Shown one piece after another: positions 47,248-56,642 of a stretch of DNA of 56,642 bases. Position 1 is the stretch's first letter. Each line of letters starts with the position of its first letter. The notes under the pieces are model-generated. The model searched no databases. It was not told the origin of the DNA and saw only the letters and a list, made by a program, of their open reading frames with translations. Source of the stretch: Phoronis australis. Its lineage: Eukaryota; Animalia; Phoronida. The DNA lies in NCBI GenBank assembly GCA_002633005.1, contig NMRA01001066.1:1-56642 (forward strand). Direction: 5' to 3'. Made by a program: the position numbers and the translations under genes.

Positions 47248-50200
47248 TAAGTAAACAGAAGTAATGCGAGCTGCTACTACCTTGTACATTCAAAAACTAC
47301 TGACAGATTATTGAAATTTACACATTTTTGAAATGTATACCTTCTGCATGCATTTGGAAATAACTTTCATTCTATATTATACTAATAGCTGAACTCGTTA
47401 TCAGGCTAAAAATAGTCCAATCAATATTTTCTTCTTTTCTAAGTAATGGTACTGCTTTATGGTGTTTTGCCATTACCATGGTTACGGGCAGACTTAGTAG
47501 CTAATTTGAGCCTCTCAGTGAACTAAATTTATCTTGTGTCTCAAGTGTTACAAACACAAGAATTTGGCAAAGTTCCTCACAATTTTGGCACAGATTGCCA
47601 AACGTAATGGATCTTTGCACCATGGGATGTTTTTCTCACTAAACGAACTGAATCAACAGCTATAATGAAAACCTGAGGAAACATTGAATGAAGAACAACT
47701 AAGAGCTCCCTTTAAGTAAGCAATGCAAAGGTTCACAGATTAGGCAAATGTAACCCTTCACACAATTTTAACAGTTTCTTGCAACTAAGCACAAATCACA
47801 GGAAACTGATTGTACAAAACAACTGAATCGAAACTGTCCACTTAAAAACAATGGGGAACTTGCAAATTTGTTTTGTCGCTACGATTGCTTAGCGTGGGTC
47901 ATTCTGGTCGCCGGGTGAGAATTTTACATGGATGTCATCCCCTGAGCGATGGTATGGGAAAACCGTGTAAATTGTGTGGCATCCGCGTGACATGCGGCAT
48001 ATAAAACGTGGCATGTACGTCATCCGCATCCTAGCAAACATGGCGAAAACGTGTAATTTTTGTTCTAATATTCCAATGTTTTACATTTCTCAGCGTGTAA
48101 ACCATGGTGATTGTCTTAAATGGCATTGCTTCCCAGAGCGTGTATGGCGATGAAACATGTCATTGCCATGCTAGCATGTCACATTTTTACACACACTTAC
48201 CACGGCTACACGCTAGCATGGCAGTTCTTCAACACAGATTACACTGCATTTTTTAAACGGATTACACACTTGTATTACATATTTTTGCCATGTTTTACAG
48301 TCGCTTTGAGCATGTAATCTGTGTATTTGCTATGGGTTGGGTTTGTTTGTCAGTGCATCTTTCTCATATTCTACTGATTGATTAGGAACCATGCACCGGT
48401 ATTTGTTCAGAACTTTTCTATTTAACCACTGGCAGTAATGTCTTTTTTGAAGCTCTACACATATTCTACACAGCAGATTGAGTTTTCTATAGATCAATTT
48501 ACTGTTGAAATGGAGTTTAATTTTCCTTTAGGAGGAGGATCTCGTATCAAAAGATGAGTATGAAAATTGTACATAGATTACAAGAAGACCAGCAGAATAC
48601 AAAGAAACGTACCTTCCGCCAGTTCAAACAAAAACACTGAACCAAAAGGGTATTGGAACCTATCGAACATAATGCTCAGAATCGCAGGTCGATCACTGCC
48701 AGATTCACAAACAAATGCCACACTAGCAATGGGTTGGTAAATCTACGAAGTATGCACTGCTGTTTGTACCTTATGATCAGGAAGTTTTAAGAGGTTTAAG
48801 GACAATGGAACAGATTTTTATTGAACAATAAATAAGTATTTGGTAAGGTTTACAACTAGATTACCTAGCAAAAGATTTATGTTACGGGAAAAGCTCCCAT
48901 GAAAGCATGACTTTCATCATTTCATGGAAGTTCTCTACAAAAGAAATGAGCATCTTTTCATTGCGCTATCTCTGTAAAAGGTTCTTTTAATTGTGGCAAT
49001 TTTAAAAGGGTTGGTATCCCAATTTTAGAGAAGGAGTGTTTTGCCTATAAAATTTTCTGCAAACACTAAAGTTGGGTTCCGAGAAAAAGAAATATTCTTA
49101 GCCTTCGACAAATTGGATATTGGAAAGATTTCTAATTTCATTTGCCATGCCAAGGGATGTTCATTCACTGTAAAATTAAAGCTTTCAAAATGCACTATTG
49201 TCTCAAAACAAGCTCAAATTTCAGCTCTGCATAACCTATTACGTAAATGAACGTCAATACACAAATGGGTGAATGATAAAATTTATTACAAAACAATTAC
49301 AAACAAAAATGCATTAATCTGGAAAACCCGAAAAAGAAAATGGAAAATATGGCATATCGGCAACGCAACACAATGTACTAGAGTAAAGTCATCGCATATA
49401 TACGAGAATTAAGGGATCAATTGATGTTTCGTTGACTTCAGACTTCACCCAGACCCATTCTTCATACGAACCTTTCAAACGTCAATAAATAATCAGATAC
49501 ACCCCTGGAGAAAGTAAAAGTACTAGGTCTCAACCATAACTAAGTCTCAAAAGAACATGAAAATGTGCATGCCTTAGATTTCCGATGTCTTTTAGTTAAG
49601 TATACCAGCATTCAATAACTGTCATTAGCATATAGATAAGACTAACAATATAACAATCGCACTCCATTTATAGCTCCAGAATAATCCAAGCTCCATGTGC
49701 AAGTTCCCCATAGCAAAATCTGTTAAGTAGGGAAAGGACACTTTTAAATTCTCAAAGTTCCTTTCTGTCACAAAATCTGACAAATCACAAAAGCCATCAG
49801 AAACAAAAAAGTCTACAATATTACGCACTGACTTGAAGCACGCTGTGGAAATCCTGATTCCTGAAGCTGTAGGACTTTGTGTACACTGAAGAATTAGCAA
49901 CCTCAAAGCTTGGAGCTCTTTATGTTAAGAAACAAACAGCACAAAACTATTATCCTCATGTGTGGGAGACAATCACATCTCAAAACACTCATGAACTCCA
50001 ACAACAAGACAAGATAACCAGCAACTCAGTTATCAATAAATGATTTGTACAGAATCAGCTTACATGTACAACCAGCCAGTAAAGTGATTCAGTAGTGTTA
50101 TATCAGCTCCACAACTGAATTAAACTTGGATGTATAGGGTCACATGAAAACAATGGATGAGAGCTGGAGTTGACCTGAGATACATCACTGATTTTGCACA

Positions 50201-53200
50201 GGTCACTGATTTTCAGGTAGCTTGGTCAGAAGCAGGTCCATGACCTGCTGTTGACCACACAGTCTGAAAAATTGCCAATTCAGGACAGCTTATTTTTAAC
50301 AGCCCAGTCAGCAGAGCCCATGGCAAACTGCTGTGCTGACTGGGTTGTTATTGTTTGGTTGTTATTGTTTGGTTGCTATCGTTCATTTATCAGCTGGGAC
50401 CATGCAGTGATGTGTTACTCCCAGGTCTAAAGCACTGCATGCATGGCAAGCCACTCCATTTTCATTTTGATAACATCCCTTTTTTGTTTACAACTAAAAA
50501 GTTCCTGGCCAACATTATCTAGACTATGTTTATGTGTCGAGTTGGTTTTCAGTCAGCATGAATAGGGTTATAACCAAAAATTTAACTTGTCCACTGCACC
50601 AATATTGGTATTTTCTGAAAATATGGACAGTATGGACAACATTTTCTGTAAAGACATGTATGGCATTTTGAGTGTTTTTTAAAAAATTGTGCTTTTGCCT
50701 ATCCACTCGAATACTGTTACTATGGCACTGGTAAAGGACTTATCTTTTCCAAAAATTGTGATTTTGGTTGTCTAATTCAGTGGATTCGTGTGAATGGAAC
50801 CTTTACCACAGAAAGGATTATTTTCAAAAGTTTGCAGAGTTGTATAGACAGGGCCATCAAATGAATATAAGGAGAGTGGGATGAACAACGAAACGCGTCT
50901 TATACATTACATTCATTAACTTATTGCATATTGTAATTATTGTTGGAAATGCAAACTTACAATAATTGCCTTTTCAGAAATTATGGCCAACCATGCAGTA
51001 ACCATTATTCAATTATACTAGATGAAACATAAATGTTTTCACTGCATACTGTGCAATTTCCTAATGCAGAATTTATTAATATCACAAATTTTACCCTGTA
51101 TTGAATATGAAAATCTCTATATCCCATACTATGGGATATACATGTAGTATGATAGTATTCAAAATTGGTCATGCATAGCAGTTCAATAAGAACGGAAACT
51201 GAATGCCTTAAATATGATGGACCAAAATACTAAAAATATGGAAGCTGTCATCAACATTAATCAAATGGGAAAATGCATCATTTCAAGATCTTGAACCCCT
51301 CCCCCCAGCTATACCCGCAAAGAACATGAATGTCCCCAGGTTCACGGGCCACGTATTTGAGACACATTCGCGATCTAAGTTGCCACTTTGCCAATAACCC
51401 TATCCTAAATTTGTTTTGAGATTCCCGAGACAGGCTTGAACAAATGTTAATTTTTCTCAAACAAATTGCAAGCGAGAAATTGAAATGTTTTCCTGGGTAC
51501 AAACTTAGCTTCAGCGGGTTTGCAGTAAATCACGTCATAGAGAAATAATTAACATTGATTAGAAATTGAACTACTATCTAACCTGGGCAGCAGCTTATAT
51601 ACAAAAAATATAAAAATAGAAAGTTAAACGAAAAAACGAAAAACTGAGCACTGAATACTATGTGCCTAAAAATACATGACATGCATTCTTACAATATTAA
51701 AAGCACAAATTGTACTCGATGCCCCACACAGTACAATTATCACTCAGCTGTTGATTACATTCCACTACCAGAACACAGCACACTGGTTTATAATCAACAA
51801 GTATGTTTCTTGTTGGCTGAACACAGGAAACACCATGACAATGTCATTATCAGCATCCTTCAGAATCCACCTGAGCAACAGATTGTCTCAGAGCATGCAA
51901 TTTGTGCCAGAGATACGGGTAATATTCATGAACAGAAGCAGTCCTGACTGTCTGACTTGGAGGTTAATTGGAGTCATTTGTTGATGAGAGCATATTTATA
52001 TCCTTCATATTTGCATAGGTTACCACGTGAAGATTAAATTTCATAGTAAAACCAGGCTGCAGAGTGGCTGGTAGTTGACATGATACAGACATACAAATCC
52101 AAAATTTAATCGGTAATTTTCAAAAAAAAAAAAAAATCGGCTTGGGTACACATTTGGAGCACACGACTCAAGATTATCATGGTTCCAGGAATGGGAGGAC
52201 ATTCATTCGGTTGGGTCTGAATATAAATTTATGCACACAAAAGACCTCTGTGTTCCGTGCATTTGTCGCCAAAAATTACACGTGCACTTCGTCACAACGG
52301 AGTGTCTACATTTAATCTCTGAATGATGACTATAAATCTCATAGTGGACTAGCACCACCTCTATAAAAATCTAGAGTGTGACTACATTAATTTAACAAAA
52401 GATCAGTTGATAAGTTTAAAAAAAGGTATTACAGCACTTGTGTTATTCCACAAACGCTGGCTGAGAAATGCACTTTTCGAGATAATTGTATGCAGGTGTA
52501 AGGACCCCCTGTTCCCGCAAACATGGAAGTCTGAGCCCGAGGTGAAGATGTGAACAAATGCACGAGTTCAAGTTCTGTAAGCGGTAAGTTGGAGACGGGC
52601 GATTACCCGAGAGGTGGGTGCTTACATAGAAATTTGCACGAGGTAGGGGATGGACGATAACCTATGCAGTGGGCGCTTAAACTGAAAACTGACAAAAAGT
52701 AGGGGATGGGCGATAACCCAGGCATGGGCATTAACTCGCGAATATATGGTACATAGTGAAGATGGGCACAAAAACCACTGATTGCAATCAATACATGTTG
52801 GTAATATGGTCTATTGGAATGGCTAGAGTGGAATTGACGAGTTAAACAGTAAATAAGCTAGATTGGCAGATTGAAATGCAAGCATGGTAATAATATTTGA
52901 CTATTTCGAGTACGGCAACTCACATCATTTCACACATATGCAAAATTATTCGTCCCTTTCCCACATTTCAAGAGAGGCTATACCTGAGGTTCTCACATTA
53001 AAATCAGTTTCACATCAATCTGAAAAGTCAACGCAAACCACTTTGGTAAAGCAAATAATTCACACCGCTTTAACTGTGTTACATTGAACATTATCTAGTT
53101 TGGGACATTAAACATTTTATCATTTTCCTCATGATCAGAGCATATGCTAAATTTTAGAAATGGTCAACATTGGCAAACCAAAATTCAAGAATTACAATCA

Positions 53201-56200
53201 CTTATAAACCATGTAACCTCTATTTTATACCTCATAAGCAGAGACATCTGTCATTATTTTAGATATCTTGGTACTAACACGCCCAATATTTGAAAAGTTA
53301 AAATAAGATGAACACCAAAATCATCCATGTCCCAATATTCAAAATTTTAATCACACCAATAGGTTTTTCAGCAGATCTCAATCTTCCATTCATACTGGAT
53401 ATACTATACTGTTGTAATGAGGACTAGGGGGGTGACCTAAATGAGGTTGCTGTGACCCAAAGCTATTTGCTCAATTATCCTTTAATTCACCTGCAAAGAG
53501 GTAAGGGAATTTTATGCTGTAACAGGATAGAGTAAATTGTACTGACATGTTGGTGACCTATAGGTGGCATTTTGATTAACATTGCAAATGGGCAGTGGGC
53601 GATGCTTCAGGATACCGAGTCGATTTTGCACATTTGCACACCCACCAACTACAACTGGTCAGCACATTTCGGACAATGAGGGAAAATAACATTATTCTCG
53701 GCTGTGCGAAATAACTGATTCGTTATAAATAGGTAGGAAGACTGATGATGGGGAAAAATTTCTAGTGACGTTCCCTAGCAGGTCAGGATCGAAAACAAAA
53801 GGTCTGTATGCATCCAATGACATATGTGGTACTTTTAGCGAAGTCGAAAATCAGTCAGCCAATGGAGAGAGATAAGACAAAAATTGAGGTGTGTCAGAGC
53901 TCTCCATGAATAAAATACGTATATATGGCCCATATATTGGTCATGTGACATTAAACAAAATATGAACAACATCATTACATCTAAGGATACATTTTATTTA
54001 ATCTTACATGCTTGCATACTGTGTAATCTAATGCTACTTGGAAGATAAAGGAGGCTAAAAGTTATTTTGTGTGGACAACTATATGAAAGATGCATGGGTA
54101 CATTCAAATATAAAAAAATTTAAGATCACCTTTTCACACAAGGTTGCCGGTAATTGCCAAAACAGTCTCTTTAAGGCTGATTAATGTACTTTGCTGCAAA
54201 TATCTATTACAATAAATACCTCAATGCCATTTTAATGACATCACAAATCACACTGATAATAGAATTTCTCTGGCCTCCATATTGAGTGTTAAACAGGTGA
54301 ATAAGCTACCATATATATTGGTAAATGCAGGTTGCATCTAACATAACCGTGCAGTCGAAACAGTCAAAATTAAAACAAAACGTCACACATAAGGACATCA
54401 AAAAGGTGAAAAACTTTACAAAAATGTTGAAAATTTTGAATTTAACTCGTGGTTTTGTGAAAGATCGGATCCATTTTCCCTGCAGGTACCTTGCTGAATG
54501 GATAAAAAGACACAATCACGCAATGCTAAAGTGGGTTATCTAAGGGAAGGACGAACTTGGAGGTCAAACCAGTCGGCAAAATTTAGGGCAAATCAACGAG
54601 GAGCTCTACAGTGACACAGACATGGTGAACAAGTACAGAGCACAGCAAATGTATCCAGACAAGACGACTTGGATATTTTCCCTCATTATGACTTAAGCCA
54701 AATTCTTTCTCAAAATAGACTTTTCTCATGGCCGATAATGAAGCGAATTGTAACTAGTAACGTACTAAGGAAGTTAGTAAGATGGTAAGCTATCCGTAAA
54801 AATTTCCCCGCGATAATAGCTATGGCCAGCTATTTTTTAAAAACAGAACTAGCCACCATGGTAGGGATATGGTATTTCGGCTGATTACTTTAGCCACGTA
54901 CTGGAGGATATTATTCTCGTACCCTTTTGCGGAGTGCCACCTCAAATTCAAAATCCAGAGCAACAACCAGAAAAACAGTAATCAAGGCAATAGAAAGAAA
55001 TTCCTACTCTGAAGACATCACCACACTTGCTAAAGGAATACTCGAGCACAATGAATCCAACTCTAAATATTGGAACATATGTCAAATTGGCATGTGAAAA
55101 GATCATTGGGAAAATGGCGAATCCAGCAAAGCCTTGTCATTAAAGCCCCATGTTCAAATAATTAGTGCTAAACAAAACCAAAGAAATATGTATGGAAACA
55201 TTTCACTCTTTGTCCACAACAATAATAGGGCCTTCCTAGATTACAAAGCGAAACTAGAATCTTGGTGTTATTACCCACAATGCCATAAACATCAGGCTGG
55301 AACATTTTGCTGTCTCATTTGCCACACGAGTTTCACGTTATTTGTTGTTGTCTGATTCTTTATATTTTTTTTTCTTGGTTGCATCCAATATAGTCTATTT
55401 GTACTCCCAATGCCAACGCAGTATTATACAGTAGGCCTACTGCTGTGTTTTTTTGTAAGGGATGGGCTACAACTCTGACGTAAAAAAGTTTGATGATCGA
55501 CTGGACTAATACCAGTGGATGCGTGATCTGAAATTCTTTCCGTTCCCTGCATCAATGAGAGACATGAAAACGTGCCCAATTTCCAAAACTAGGCCAAGCA
55601 TGTTCTTATCTCCGGGACAGAAAGAGAGTTCTATCGCCAAGTAATCCAGGATAGCCCTATGACGAGACAATGAAGCACCATGTCCAACAAATATCACAAG
55701 CACTCTCATCAGCCGCTCACCGGTATACTATAATATCAATTTACTATACATAGACACTATATAGTGTCATGACAAGCAGCTGATTATGTGTGTCTGTGAT
55801 ATATCAACTCATAAAAAAACTTTTTGTTGTTATAACGACAACAATCCACACTACTCACTTCCACCGTCCTAATCATGTTTAATGAACCAAGCTAATGAGT
55901 AAAGCTCAGAGAGCAAAGCCACCATGTTAAAATATCTAAACTGCAATCCAGACAAAGAAATCATAATGCCCCCACAGAATTGTGCTCCACCTAATTTTAA
56001 GTGATAATGAAAATCAACACACATTTACTTCACCACAAACTATTTATATAATAGAAATATCCAACAGCATTGGACATTAGTCATTACCAAATTACCCTGG
56101 CCTGAATACACAATCAATGCAATTTTTTTAGAATTATCATAAAAAACAAACGTGACTGACCCAAAGTTGTTGTTGCCTGACCATGAACTTACTGTGAGTT

Positions 56201-56642
56201 TGAGTGCACTTATTTTAAAATACCAACATTGATGCAGTCCTGCCATGAATCTAAAAACAACTCCCTACCACGTGCAGAGGAGAACAAAGCCAGATAAACA
56301 CAGTCTATTGAATCGCCACGCACTGGGAAGACTGCCAAGCAAAATGCCATTGTTCTTCACTCAGCTGATCTAAAATGGCAGACAAAAACAACTTCAAACC
56401 CTAAAATTGCACAACTTACCGATTACATAAAACACCTACTGAGTGATTTTCGAAACAAGTCGTGTATATTACACCTTTCCCAACCGCTCGTGTGGTCAAA
56501 TTCAACGAAAATGTGAATAGTTCACGCTACTGTTCGACCACTGCCGAAACGCTCGTCATGTGCCTTTGTTTACAAAATTCGAACTTGATTTGCGGGAAAA
56601 CCAGGTGGCGCTGATCAAAAATCTCGATCTATACTCTGACAT

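Noticed and set aside
46833-56246. Numerous 60-100 aa ORFs
   Set aside because: No domains or compatible exon chains; consistent with chance ORFs in intronic or upstream DNA.

Overview
Eukaryotic, AT-rich animal (probably invertebrate) genomic DNA from a draft assembly with four N-gaps. No prokaryotic features such as operons or CRISPR arrays are present. The window has two parts. (1) About 1-31 kb is a dense, nested transposon graveyard. Elements recognisable from their termini, target-site duplications (TSDs) or decayed protein motifs are Kolobok (TTAA TSD, THAP remnant), two hAT transposase remnants, a MULE-like element (9-bp TSD), an IS3EU-like foldback (6-bp TSD), an Academ element with a decayed transposase, Gypsy gag/pol remnants, a HERO-like non-LTR 3' end and a tRNA-derived SINE. 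There is also a 5'-truncated Penelope-like element (RT + GIY-YIG) with a structurally intact minimal hammerhead ribozyme, and a frameshifted, intron-containing protein-kinase pseudogene among the transposons. (2) About 33.8-45.8 kb holds one intact minus-strand gene, a KLHL17 (actinfilin) orthologue. I assembled 11 coding exons by hand; all junctions are GT-AG and phase-compatible, giving 1749 nt (582 aa, BTB-BACK-6xKelch). The rest (46-56.6 kb) looks like 5' intron or upstream sequence. I cannot support a wholly new biological system. The best leads are the transposon-embedded kinase, the hammerhead, three elements with 5-bp TSDs, and filled/empty insertion-site pairs inside the window. All family calls come from motif recognition by eye, not database searches.
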